Assembly (NCBI RefSeq): GCF_009914755.1
Contig: NC_060938.1
DNA: 64,000 nt
Strand: one strand, 5' to 3'
Source: the human T2T-CHM13v2.0 reference genome, Homo sapiens
In this document: in pieces, positions 27,571 to 41,539 of the stretch
Layout of the letters: each line of letters opens with the position of its first letter
Position numbering within the stretch: the stretch's first letter is position 1
Translations under genes and position numbers: made by a program
Notes under the pieces: model-generated
What the model saw: the letters and a program-made list of their open reading frames with translations, nothing else
What the model was told of the DNA's origin: nothing
Database searches by the model: none

Positions 27571-30500
27571 GGTAAGAGAAATGCACAAGGATGTTCATCA
27601 TATCACTTTTTATAATAACTAAAAACTGGAAACAACCTAAGTGTCTATCATGGAAGAATTTTAATTATGCATTCAATAATGAGATGCATTGCAACCATAA
27701 TAAAGAATGAGGTAGAGTTTTGTATTCTGAAAGGGTTAGAACTAAATTCAGAAACAACATGTGTATTATATAAAACAATTTTTTCTGCGTGTGTGGGAGA
27801 AAATTCAAGAAACTGTTAATTGTGATCCTTTTGTTTTCATTGTACACTTAACCCATAAAAGTGAAAACCACTTTGTTTTATTTTTTGCTTTATTTATATG
27901 GCATATATTTCCATTTTCATTTTACTCTGTCTTAGTTGTGTCCCTTGTAGATTGCATAGACTTAAATATTTTTTGAGCTTATCAGAATTTTTTTTCTGAT
28001 AGGTTTTTTTCTAATAGGTTGGGTCACCCCATATTCATTTATTGTCCTATCAGATGTACTTGGTATTATTTTTGTCATTTTATATTCTCTTTTTCCTTTT
28101 TTGCTTCTTTGCTATTTCCTATAATCTGTTTTGTCTGTCAGCATTTGCCTATGTGTTTTTTGTTTGTATCATTATCTGATATCTAATCTTGTGATACAGA
28201 AATCTGAAACCAACCTGTTTTTCATTTATTTGCATGTAATATTTTTCTCCTACTCATCTTGATGCTTACAGAATTTTATGTTTTGCTTTAAAATGAACAA
28301 TTTCCCTAGCGTATGTTTGAGAGTGGATTGCTTTCTAATTAATTTTTGGGGGTACATGGAAAGCTCTTCTTATATGCAAATATAGTACACTATATTTCAG
28401 TATAAGACTTTTTTGTTTTATGTTGAGTAATGTTTCTATTCTACTTATTTTGTGCATTTCTTCAGGAATATCAATTAGCTGTATGTTGGATTTTCACTAT
28501 CTTTCCTCTATATTTATCATTGTTTTGCTTAGATTTATCTCTTAAACCTCTGTACTTCAGTGGTTTCATTTTCTGTGGTATAAATTTTAAAAAGTCCTTC
28601 TAATTTTCATTGTGAGACTGCTATGGCATTTACAGATTTTTTTCTAAATTCTATCAGTCTCTTAAGACAATCGCTTTTGTTTATCTGAATTTTATTACCT
28701 CAAGAACACAAAGCAGAATCTTTCTAAAATATTTTTGTTTCCTATAATAAATCTTTCTCAAAAGGATGTTCTTCCTGTCACTTTTTGAATGCTATATTTC
28801 ATTTTTGTAGTTTGGAGACTGTCTTCACAGAAATCATTTTGGGTTTTTCTGTGTACTCAACTTTGAATGAAGACAAGTTATTTCTGGCTACCCAAAGTTA
28901 ATATTGGATAGATTTACCAAACATTTTTGACTGTTTATCTTGGAGGTATTAGAATAGTACTTTTAGATCTTAAGTAGGAGAACCAGAGATGCAGGTTTAT
29001 GTTAGCAGTTGAGTCACTCAGAATCCTGAAAGGCATTGGGGGTGGGATGGGACAAGATCTGAAAAATTTGCCTCTATAGTTTCTCTCTGTGATCGTTAAA
29101 AATATTGTAATAAGGGTGACCTTTTCCTATCGGGTTTTCTATATGGTAGATTACTATAAGCTTTTCTTCTGTGCATACACATATATTATGTATACATACA
29201 TTTTATGAAAATGACATTATAGATGTTATTTTGATAACATATTTCTTTGAGGATATATATCTATATATATAAATACAAATGTAGAGACACATATATGAGT
29301 AATTATTTTGACTTACTGTCTCTACTAATGATAGCTTACAAATCAAATGTATAAGGAGTGCTTTTATTTGAAAGATTTTATCCAAATCCTTCAAATAAGG
29401 TAGTAATATTGTTAAGAAAATGGAAAATTATCTAACAGAAAAATGCATTGAAGTACACTACATTTATTATATAATTTTGTATTAATAACAACTCTATGTA
29501 GTAGATAAAATCATTTTATTTCCCAAATAAAAAATACAGCGTAATGATTGACTAATCCATGTTTATGTAGCTAGTAACGGCTGGGATTCAAGCCCAGGTC
29601 TTTATAATTTTAAATGTGGCTTTTATTATATTCTACTGCTTTGTGTATTTGTGAAAGGCCCTTTTATTTTTTCTCTTTATGCTTAATTCTGTATACTCGC
29701 TCTCATTCTGTTTTTAGGACCAATTTGACCTAATCTAGGAAGAATGTGAAGAGGCTTAGTTGGATAATCTGTGTGAAGCATATTTTACTTGCCCTTGGTG
29801 GTTTGTATTTGACCAATTGTGAACCAATTTTGGAAGCAGGGCTTCTGCTTATTCAGGATGAGGATTTTTATCTTACTATTGCTTGTTCCCTCCTAGGAAC
29901 TGAAAATCCTGTTTTGATTCTAGGCCAAGGATGTGGCCTTGGTCATTGTGGGAGACTTCTCTGTTGTTAATTACTGAAAGCTTTGCAGTCTCTGAATATT
30001 GCCTGGTTTTATACTTCCTATCACTGGTTGCCCCCCACCCAAATGTGCCATCATCTCATGCTAGACCTTTCTAATTACAGTACACCCAGGACCTGTGGTC
30101 TGTTACACTTCATTTGTAATACTCTGTTCTGTCTCATATGCTTTTTATTTCCTACCAGTGTAGGTATCTGCGACTGACCTTCCCCTACCATCTGCCATTT
30201 CTCAATGATCAGGTCTAATCCTGGCCCCACCCCTACCCCTTACATGGCCTTGTTCTTGCTGCATAATCCAAGCAGTGACCTAAGAACGTAAGAATCACTG
30301 TGTGAGTTGGTGATACATGTCACAGAAGTACATTGAACAGAGTTGTAAGAGATCTTAGTAGTTCCCTAGCCTAAGCCTCTCATATTATGTATGAGGAGAC
30401 TGAGGCAAAGCTTTGCACTCTGTATCACAGTGGGTGGCAGAGATAGAACTGGAATTAATAGTAACCTCATTTTAAATTTCTGTTATATCCACTTTGAACA

Positions 30501-30699
30501 AATAGCCCCATCAGTATGACAGTTTGGTATGACAAAAAATCATTTCAGTATGCACTATCAATGTCTGTTAAGAGTTTACCCTTGTGTATTTCTGTTTTTA
30601 CTTGGAAATACCCAAAAAGGAATTATTTGAAAATTTGTCTGTTACCATAACTGCCAATATGTGAAAGCTGGATTTTTAAAAAAGTAAAGCAGTATCATT

Positions 30700-30715
30700 C
30701 CACCAGATGTCACTG
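30700..30715 (+). promoter_or_regulatory. Candidate CTCF site CCACCAGATGTCACTG
   Basis: Close match to the CTCF core CCASYAGRKGGCRS (one core mismatch) in non-repeat DNA; binding not shown. Confidence 0.45.
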
Positions 30716-31839
30716 TTTGCATGTAGCAATGAAGTTACGATGATTACAAATACAATTTTCCCCTTCCCAATCATGTTTTGTAAAAAAAAAAAAAAAAAAA
30801 AATTATATAGTTATACACTTACTCTTCTATAGACTGATTTTATCAAGACTGTATTTTCTGATCTTTTTAAAACATACATAATATTCATATGCCTCTGCTG
30901 CAGATTTCAAAGAAAAAAATTATAAAGGACTAAAGAAAGCTATTTGTAGATTAATATTTTCAAGAAGATGAAAACCTAAAGCTTTTTCCAGACCTTGGCA
31001 TCTGCTTTTTAAACAACATTCTCTGTAAGTTAATGTTTTTCAAATTGTGGATTGCGACCCAGTGAGTGGGTTGTGAAATCAGTTTAGCGATTTGCTATGA
31101 GCACTTTAAAAAATGGTATCTAGAATAGAACCATTGCATGTGAGATTGACTTTGATGAAACTTTTGTATGTGAGCACTCTTCAAATTTCCCTGTATACAT
31201 CTTCTATGGGTTACCTAAGAGTGACTGTGAGCAACATCCTGTGAAGCCTCTCTCAGGCTTTTGTATACCAAAGAGCAAGATAAATTTGTTAAGGAAGAGA
31301 TAGTGAAGCTGTGATGGAGAACCTCTCTGTTGGGGTCATACCAAGGTAGGGGAAGATTGTTGGAGGGAGATCCCTTCTCCATGCTTCACAAGATGTAGCT
31401 CACAGTCACCTTTATGTAACTCATAGAAGATGTGTGCAGAGATTTTTTCAGAGTACTCACAGCTTAGAACAAATGTTTTCCAAACTTCTTTAACAGCATC
31501 ATACAATCACAAATATATTTCTCTCTCTGGCCTCATGGGAGACCAATATTGACCCAAAAGGAGGTTCAACTTTCACTCTGAGAGAGGTGGGCTTGTTTCC
31601 TTCATTCAACTCCCTCAATGATCATAAACAATAATGGTTGTAATATCAATCACTTTCTTAGCATATTCTGTGTACAAGCCTCTTCACATACATGATTTCT
31701 AAGACATTTGACTCTGAAAAACTCAATCACTGTTGCCATTTGTAAATGAGGAAACAGACTGAAGAGGAAACATAGCACAGTGAGGGGCCCAAATTCTGTT
31801 TTTTAACCTCATTCCAAAGGCTCACTCTTTCCACTATAT

Positions 31840-32210
31840 CAGTGATTTTTAGTCTTCCTTGAGGATAAGAGTCATCTGGGTTGTTTCATAAGTGTATCAA
31901 TTCCCAGGATCTATCGCAAACCTACTGAATTAGAATCTTCAGAGAAGGGGTCTGGGAAGGTGTAGATTTGATTTCATCCCAGGATGTTCTTATGATTAGG
32001 CTGTTTTAGGAAAGATTGAGTACCTTAGTGGTTTTCCATCTTCAGAGTGCACAGAATCACCTTCAGGGCTGGCTATAACACAGATAGCTAGGCCTCAGCT
32101 CCTGAGTTTCTGACTCATTAGGTCTGTGTTGGGGCTCAATAACTTACATTCCTAACAAGTTGTTATATGATACTAATGATGCTCGATAGGGAATACACTT
32201 TGAGAACTAC
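31840..32210. mobile_element. Two adjacent MER5-family hAT MITEs
   Basis: CCTACTGAATTAGAATCT; GAGTTTCTGACTCA.TAGGTCTG..TGGGGCTC...CACTTTGAGAACTAC. Confidence 0.75.
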
Positions 32211-33566
32211 CCAGCATCTCCTGCCTTACCAATGATTCTGCTTCCCAGGGCAGAGTCTGGGGCTGGCTTTGGCTGTGAGACTTTTCTTACTCAGCCAAAA
32301 TTCAACAATATTTATTTAGTACCTACTCCATTCAAATTTTTGGGAGACAGAAAATGAGTAAGTCTCACTTTTTCTCCCAAACAAGCCTATGCTCTACTGT
32401 GAAAAAGGCATACGGAATAGAATGCAGTATATTGTGTAATGAAAGAGCAGATCAAATGCAACAGGGAAACCAGGGAGTCAGACATGAATCTGGGCTGGGT
32501 AGAGGAGGATTTGTAAAGGTCTCGTGGAGGAATTGAGATCTGAAGGTCTTGCTCTCATCATTCTCCATTTCCATAGCCACTCATTACTATAATGGCCTGT
32601 TGATTTTGCCTGTTTCCCCTATTGCTCCTGGAGTAATCCCAGCACATAAGGCATTTTTTTTGCATTGCAAATGTAGCTTGGGTGGAAGGTTGGGAGAAGG
32701 AAGCAGAGTTGGCAAAGCAGATGGTGCCCAGACTGTGAAAGACCCTTACTGCCAGGGTCAGGAGCTTGGGTTGTATATACTGTGTGTGTAGTCAGTGAGA
32801 TGTTTGCAGAGGGGGTGACTGATAACAACAGTTGCAGGGATATGTGGCTTGGATTGAAGGAGGGAGGGTCTGGAGGTAAGGGACCAGCAAAGATGATATC
32901 ACAGGACTCAGTTGAGAGAAGATACAGTGAACAGGAGAGACATCATGGAGGGAGAATGAACAGAAATAGTCATTACTGTTGGGAGTGAGGAAGAGATTGG
33001 TGATGAAGAGATTTTCAGTCTGAACCACTGAGATAGTGGTGTTTTTCAAAGAGAACTCTAGAAAGGGTTCGTTCTTTTCTCTGGACAAAAAGAAGGAAGC
33101 AGGGAAAATCCGGATAAAAATTTCCAGGTAAGTGCTTCATCTTTGTCATACAGGAGCATAAAGGCTAACCTTAGGTATGCCTTTCCACCAAGGCCCCCAT
33201 TCATGTCTACCAGAGCTATGCACTTTAGAATGTCCGATGACCTTCACTTTCTTCCAACCAATCCATATTTCTGTTTATTTAGCGTGTTTTTGGAATGTGA
33301 AAGAGCAAAAGACAATAAGTTGTAAATGACTTTTACTATCCTGTTTCTGGCATAGAGCCAGAGAAAAGTAGAGCAGTGCTTCTAGATAACTTCTTAGTCA
33401 CTGCTCTCCTCATCACCATCTCCCTCTCCTCCCAACCTATCTTAGAAATACTTATTGATCCTGATGTCTGTATTCACTTGGCTCATTTTCTTAGTCCCTA
33501 GACCTTCCCCTGTTCTTTTGTTTTCCTGGATACACTGGAATTCAGCTTCGGAAAACAGAAACATCT

Positions 33567-33943
33567 TGTATTTGTCTGTTCATATGCTGCTAATCAAGAC
33601 AGACCCAAGACTGGGTAATTTATAAAAGAAGGAGGCTTAATTGACTCACAGTTCTGCAGGGCTGATGAGGCCTCAGGAAACTTACAATCATGGTGGAAGG
33701 AGAAGCAAACATGTCCTTCTTCACATGGTGGCAGCAAGGAGAAATGATGGACAAAAGGGGGAAAAGCCCCTTATGAAACCATCAGCTCTTGTGATAAATC
33801 ACTCACATCACGAGAACAGCACTATGGGGTAACCACTCCCGTAATTCAATTACCTCCCACCGGGTCCCTCCCACAACACATGGGCATTATGGGAACTACA
33901 ATTCAAGATGAGATTTGGGTGGGGACACAGCCAAACTGTATCA
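33567..33943 (-). mobile_element. THE1 (MaLR, THE1C/D-like) solo LTR
   Basis: Typical THE1 body and ends; near-TSD CATCT/CAGCT. Confidence 0.9.
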
Positions 33944-34435
33944 CAGCTTTAGCTATTTTAAGCAAAAAGGGACTTAGTAATGGGAATTTGGTGTTTTAAA
34001 ATCAATGAGAGGGTTAGAAAAATGGGGCATTAGGTAGGGAGATCTCCCAGGGATGATTCACAGAGCATGTTTAACTGGCTGCCTAGGGTGCTGCTGTTCC
34101 TGACACAGGAAGGCGGCAAATCTGGAAGCCAGCACTGGCAACATACCACCTTAACTGAGATTGAGGGATTAAGTAGCTTTTACTGTCACAGCTTTGGACT
34201 CTGGAGCCACACTGTGTCTGTTTGACATGCTCACTGGCAAAAAACAAACCAGTAAAAAACACAACTCACAAAGTCATAACTGGAACACTGCTACAGAAGA
34301 ACTCAACATTGTCATGACTGTACTTGCCAACAGAAACATTAGAACCTTCTGCCTTCTAATTGCATTTGGTTAGTGGATTCCAAATAATATCTAGAACATT
34401 GGCTTCTGGAACCTCCACCCCGAGTTAAAACAACT

Positions 34436-34669
<234 letters not shown>

Positions 34670-35742
34670 TAGAAGGAGGATGGAATGGGTGTTAAGTGGC
34701 AGTGGTATTCACCTTGCTGGGAGTAGAGTTTTAACCTCTCTTTGAATTCAGGTATTTTAGTAGGTAAGATAGGAAGCTTTTATTCATGACTCTACTCTGA
34801 CAAAGCCATATCTTCTTCAGCCTGCCTCTGAGTGGGTCTACTTCTTAACAGCAGGTATCATGGGATTTGAGGATTTCAGTATATTATTAAACAACTGAAA
34901 TCAGTTGGGTTTTTGTATGCTTAGTTTTCACATTTGGTAACTCGTAATGTGTTTCTTCCTATAATAGTATATCAATAAGTTAGAGGGAACAGTAGCTTTA
35001 AATGCTTCAATGTGAAATTGATATATCTATATTATGTATGTGGCACATGACTGTGTATATATTCTTAGATATTTTGTCTTTATGTTCATTTTATATTTAT
35101 TTTACAGTTAAGTGTTATAATACAAAAGTTAATGTATTTTTAAGCCAGTCTGTAGGTCAGTAATTAATGACACATTTACTTTCAAATTTTGATTTATCTC
35201 ATCTGTTTAGCTTAATCTTTTATTGATAAGTTTTGTTCCATATATATTCTCATGTATATGTAGCTTGTAGCCTAGAAGAAAGACTTGATGCCTACACAGT
35301 TTTCTGTTCATCTCAGCAAGAAGGGAGAACCATAATGTGAGAAGGTACTTCTGCTTAGGCTGATGCTTTGCCCCACCCAAGAAATGAAACTTTGTGTGTA
35401 TGTGTGAGCTTGGAATGGGGAGTAGGTGAGAGATCAGAAGGTAAAGAAGTTTTTTTTTTTTTTAACCTCTTTTGCAACTAGACTTTCATAGGGTGAATTT
35501 ATTATTCCAGTATAATGAAACAAAACCATCATAAATATTACTACTAAAATGTATTAAGAACCAGATATTAGCATTTTTGGATTATTTCTCATTTTGGATT
35601 ATCTGACTTCTACACAATCTCTGTTTAGTGCAGATGTCAAATGTCCATGTGTTTATTTCAGTGGAGTTATGAAATGAGGGCAAACACCTTATACTTTGTC
35701 AATTACTTAAAAAGCAAACTTATTGTTCTTATCACATTGTAG

Positions 35743-35884
35743 AATATTGTATGGAATTCCTGTTATGGATGACAACCAAGAATATGTCCATATTCCTCCG
35801 ACACCGCAAGGGATACCACCTGAATTGGCACAAGGAACTAGAGAGCGTGCTCACAAACCACACTTGGAAGTCTTGGGAGAGGAA
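35743..35884 (+). CDS. TTC6: Internal coding exon E (ILYGIPVMDDNQEYVHIPPTPQGIPPELAQGTRERAHKPHLEVLGEE)
   Basis: cattgtag acceptor, GAA|GTAAGA donor; 142 nt, phase 2-0. Gene name tentative. Confidence 0.85.
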
Positions 35885-35983
35885 GTAAGAACTTTCTTTA
35901 ATATTAGTTTTTTTGTACCTCACAGGTCCTCAAACTTTTTGGCTTCAGGAGACTTTTTTCACTCTTAAAAATTATTGAGGGCT

Positions 35984-36267
35984 GGCCAGGTGTGGTAGCT
36001 CACGCCTGTAATCCCAGAACTTTGGGAGGACATGGCGAGAGGATTGCTTGAGCCCAGGAATTTGAGACCAGTCTGGCCAACATAACGAGACCTCGTATCT
36101 AAAAATAATAACCCAGCCTGGTGGCACACGTCTGTGGTCCCAGCTACTTGGGAGGCTAAGATGAGGGAATCACTTGAGCCCAGGCAATTGAGGCCTCCAG
36201 TGAGCCGTGATTGTGCCACTGCACTCCAGCCTGGGCAACAGAGAGAGTCCCTGTCTCAAAAAAAAAA
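35984..36267 (+). mobile_element. Alu (AluJ-like) in Charlie1
   Basis: TSD AAAAATTATTGA. Confidence 0.95.
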
Positions 36268-38890
36268 TTATTGAAGACCTCAATAATTTTTTATGTGAGT
36301 TATATCTATTAACATGCTAGGAGGCCAATACAGCCTTGGGGAATTGAGGGACTATAACAAAAGATCTAGTATTTGTGTTATCACAAAAGATGGGGAGAGA
36401 CTGAAAAGTATTGAAATAAATAATGTCTGAAAAGTTACCAGTTTGGCAAAAGGCAGAAAGCTATAGATTCAGGAGCCTGAGCAAATCCCAAACTGGAAAA
36501 ATCCAAAGGAATATAGACCAAACCACATAATATTCAAGCTTCTGAAAATGAAAGATAAAGAAAAACCAAACATCAATCTAAGAAAAGTGGGAATGGCTAT
36601 ATTAATATCAGATAAGATAGACTTCCAAGCAAAGAAAGTTCTCAGAGACACAGAGGGGCATTATATTAAGATAAAGAAAGCAACGAAAAAGAAACGACAT
36701 GCTACCTGTAGGGGAAAAACAAGTTGAATGGAAATGGGTTTCTCATGAGAAGTGATGGAGGCCAGAAGTAAGTGACAGAACATTTTTCAAGTGCTGGAAG
36801 AAAACAACTGTGTTTCCAGAATCCTACATCCAGAAAAATATCCTTTAGGAATAAAGGAATCAAGACATTCTCAGATAGAAGGAAACGAAGAGAATTTGTT
36901 GCCAGCATACCTAACCTAAAAGAATGGCTAGGAAAAGTTCTCTAAATAGAGAGAAATGATAAGAGAAAAAATCCAGGAATATGTAGAAGGAACAAAGCAC
37001 ATGTAAAGCAAAAATATGGGTAAGTACAATAAAATTTCCTTCTCCTTTTGAGTTTTCTAAGTTATGTTTGTCCATTGAAACAAAATTTATCATGCTGATG
37101 TGGTTGTAACAGAATATAGAGGAAGTATTTAAGACATACTATAAATGGGAAAGGGTAAAGAGACATAAAGGGAGGTGAGATTTCTACGTATCACTTGAAC
37201 TAGTAAAATAATACCCTCAGTCAATTGTGGTAAGCTATATTTATAAAATGTAATACCTAGAGTAACAATTAAAAAGCTATACAAAGAGATATACTAAAAA
37301 CACTATAAATAAATAAAAGTAGAATTCTAAAATATGTTCAAGTAATGTACAGGAAGACAGGAAAAAGAAAACAGAAACAAAAGAAACCAGACAGAGCAGA
37401 CAGGAAACAAAATCTAAAATGACAGACTTAAACCCTAACTTAAATGTAAATGGTTTGAATTTAGCAATTAAATGACGGAGTGGTAAAATGGATTAAAACA
37501 CATGACCCAGATATATAATATTTACAAGAAACAAATTTAAAACATAATGATATAGCCAGTTTGAAAATAAAAGGGTTAAAAATACACAAACACCATTCAA
37601 AGAAAAGTGGGAATGGCTATATTAATATCAGATAAGATAGACTTCCAAGCAAAGAAAGTTCTCAGAGACACAAAGGGGCATTATATTATAATAAAAGTGT
37701 CAGCACATCAAGAAGACATGCCAGTCTTAAAAAATATATGCATCAGACAATAGAACTGCAAAACATGCAAAGCAAAATCTAAGAACTGAGAGGAGAAATA
37801 GACAATTCCACAATTATAGTTGGAGAGTTCAGCATTTCTCTCTCAAAAATTCATAGAACACTTAGAAAATCAGCAACAACCTCATCAACCAGTAGGTTCC
37901 AGTTGAAATTTATAGAACACTGTACCCAACAAAAGCAGAATGCATATTGTTTTCAGATGCCATGAAACATATACCAGGATAGAGCAAATCCATAATGGAC
38001 TAAAACTAGAAATCAGTAAGAGGAAGATAACAAAAATCTCCAAACACTTGGAATCTAAACAGTACAGCTATAAATAATCTATAGGTTAAAGAAGAAGTTT
38101 CAAGGGATTTAAAAATACATTGAACTGAATGAAAATGAAAATACAACATATCAAAATTTGTGGGACATAGCTAAGCAGAATTTCTAGCACTAAATGTTTT
38201 CAATAGAAAAGAGAAAGTCTCAAATTAATTATTTAAGCTCCCACCTAAGAACCCCAAAAAAAAAGAGCAAAATGAACCCAAAACAAGCAGAAGGAATAAA
38301 AGCAGAAATCAATGAAATTGAAAACAGAAAAACAGTAAGGAAACTTAATGAAAGAAAGAGCTGGTCATTTGAAAAGATCATTGAAATTAATCTCTGGCAA
38401 GACAAGAAAAAAAGAAAAGCCATAAATTACCAATATTATAAATGAAATGAGATGTTACTACAGACCCTGCAGATATAAAAATATTAATATAGGAATACTA
38501 TGAACAACTCTACACATGCATACATTTGATTGTTTAGATGACGTGAAGAAATTCTCGAAAGACACAAACTACCACAACTCACCCAGTATGAAATAGATTA
38601 TTTGAATAGCCCTATAAATATTAAGGAAATTGAATTATTGATTTATAGAACATTCCCCTTCTCCCAAATATGTAAGCCCAGATGATTTTACTAGAGAGAA
38701 TTCTACCACACATTTAAGGAACAATTAACAGCGATTCTATACAATCTCTTTCAGAAAATAAGAGGAGGGAAGACTTCTCAATTCATTTTTTGAAGCTAGT
38801 AATACCCTAGTATCTAAACTAGACAAAGACAGTAAAAAAAACAAAAAAGAAAGAAAGAAAGAAAGAAAGAAAAATGCAGACCAATATCCT

Positions 38891-39224
38891 TGCTATGGTT
38901 CAAATGTTTGTCTCCTCCAAAACTCATGTTGAAATTTAATTGTCGTTGTAACAGTATTGAGAGGTGGGACCTTTAAGAGGTGATTAGGCCCTTATGGGTG
39001 GGAAGAATGCTATTAGAAATGGGCAAGTTCAGCTCTCTTTTTCCGTTTTGGCCTTTCTGCCTTCCACCATGTGAGGACACAGTAAGAAGGCCTACATCAG
39101 ATGCTAGTGCCTCGATCTTGGACTTCTTTCCAGCCTCCAGAACTGTGAGAGAATAAATTTTTATTCTTTATAAATTACCCAGTCTCAGGTGTTCTGTTAT
39201 AGCAGTGCAAAACAGATTAAGACA
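38891..39224 (+). mobile_element. MST (MaLR) solo LTR nested in L1MC
   Basis: TGCTATGGTT..AATGTTTGT..CCTCCAAAACTCATGTTGAAAT ... CCAGCCTCCAGAACTGTGAG..AATAAATT...ACAGATTAAGACA. Confidence 0.88.
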
Positions 39225-39734
39225 ACTCCTTATAAATATTGGTTATAAAAATCCTTGACAAATGTTAGGTCATAGAATTAAAAATACGTAAAAAGAATTA
39301 TCCACCAGGACTTTAGGGAATTATTCCAGAGATTTGAGGCTTTCTCAGTATTGGAAAGTCAATCTACTGTAATTCATCATTTTAACAGAATAAAGAAGAA
39401 AAATTGCATGATCATATTAATCAATGAAGAGAAAGCATTTGACAGATTTCATCACCCATTTTCATAATAAAAATTTTCAGAAAAGTAGGAATAGAGGGAA
39501 ACTTCTACAGCTTGATAAAGAGCAGCTGCAAAAACCTACAGCTAACATAGTATTTAATGGTGAAAGCCTGATTGTTTCCCCACACCACTCTTATTCAACA
39601 TAGTGCTGGAAATTCTAGGCAGTGCATTAAGGCAAGAAGTGGGAAAAAAAAAGCTTGCAGACCAGAAAAGAAGCAATACAGCTGCCCGTATGTGCAGATG
39701 ACATGACTGTCTACATAGAAAATTCTGAGGAATC

Positions 39735-40035
39735 AGCCGGGTGCAGTGGCTCATGCCTGTAAGCCCAGCGCTTTGGGAGGCCAAGGTGGGCAGCTTGCTT
39801 GAGCCCAAGAGTTTGAGACCAGCTGGGGCAACATGACAAAATCCCATCTCTACAAAAAATACAAAAATTAGCTGGGCATGGTGGTGTGTGCCTGTAGTCC
39901 CATGGCCTTAGGGCTTTCTGGGAGGGTGAGGTGGGAAGATAACCTGAGCCTGGGAGGTTGAGGCTGCAGTGAGCCGTGATCATGCACTCCAGCCTAGACA
40001 ACAGTGGGATCCCCATGTCAATAAATAAATAAATA
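39735..40035 (+). mobile_element. Alu (AluJ-like) in L1MC
   Basis: TSD TTCTGAGGAATC. Confidence 0.95.
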
Positions 40036-41539
40036 AGTTCTGAGGAATCTGTACAAGAAAAATCTCACAGAACTAATAACTGAGCTCAGTAAAGTGACAA
40101 GATACAAAAAAAACCATGAATAATTCATTATATTTCTGTGTGTCTACAGATGAACATGTACTGAAATATATACTGATATTAAAACTGTATCATTTATAAT
40201 TGTTAAAAACTGAAATAATCAAGTGTAAATCTAACAAAACATGTTTAAGAGTTAGATGCTGAGGACTACAAAATGCTGATAAAAGAAATAAAAGTGATCT
40301 AAGTAAATAGAGAGATTCCCTGTTTATAGATTGGAAGAATCAGGATAGTAAACATGTCATTTCTCTTCAAATTGATATACAGATTTAAGCAATTCCTGTC
40401 AAAATTCCAGCAAGGCTTTTTTTTTTGTACATGTAAACAAGAGTATTCTAAAGTTTGTATGGAAATGCAAAGAAAGTAGAGCTAAAATAATTTTGGATAA
40501 GAAGAATAAAATGGGAGAAATCAGTTTAGCTGACTTCCTGACTTACTATATTACAGTCATTAAGATGGTGTGGTCTTGGTGGATGGACAGGCCTGTAGAT
40601 CAATGGGACAGAGTAGAAAACCCACAAATGGACTCCTACAGATATGCACAACTGATTTTTTATAAAAATGCAAAAATTATTCAATGGTGTAGGATAGTCT
40701 TTTCAAACAATTGTTGCTCAATCAGTTGTACATCCCTTAGCCAGAAAAAGAACCCTGACCTAAGTCTTGCATCCTATAAAAAATGTACTTAAAATAATAA
40801 TTCATAGACACATGTAAAATATAAAACTATTAAACTTGTAGAAAAAACATAGGAGATCTTTGGGATTTAGGGCTAGGGAAAGCATTCTTACACTTGACCC
40901 CAAAAGCACTATTTGTAAAAGGAAAAATAGATAAATTGGACTTCATCAGAATTAATTTTTTTTTCTCTACAAAAGACCCTGTTAAGAGGATTAAATACAA
41001 GCCACCGACTCGGAGAAAATATTTTGCAAAACACGTATCCGGCAAAGAATTAATATCAGAATACATAATGAATTTTCAAAACTCAATATAAAAATATCTA
41101 ACTGGAAAGTGGGCAAAACCATTAATAAACATTTCACCACATAGGATATATAGATGGCAAAGAAGCATATGAAAAGATGCGCAACATCATTAGCTATTAG
41201 GGAAATGCAAATTAAAACCACCATAAGATATTAGTACAGAATGGTTAAAATAAAATAATAGTGATAACACCAAATGCCAATAAGGAAGTGGAGGAGAAAT
41301 AGGATCATTGATATATTGTTTTTGGGAAGGTAAAATGGTACAGCCCTCTAGAAAGCAGTTTGGTAATTAGAAAAAAACCCAAAGTATGCATGCAGTTCTG
41401 TAAGATAAAGTGTCTGTCCAGGCATGCATACAACCCAGCAATTGCATGCCTGGGCGCTTACCTTACAGAAATGAAAATTTATAATTACATTATAATTTGT
41501 ACACAAAATTCATCACAGCTTTATTAATAGAAGCCAAAC

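Noticed and set aside
30782-30802. Isolated 21-nt poly(A) as a retro-insertion
   Set aside because: No element body or clear TSD; consistent with slippage expansion.
35905-35930. Strong acceptor-like TTTTTTTGTACCTCACAG|GT as a recursive splice site
   Set aside because: Only ~41 nt after the exon E donor, too short for an intron, and the following GTCCTC is a poor donor; it arises at the Charlie1 junction.
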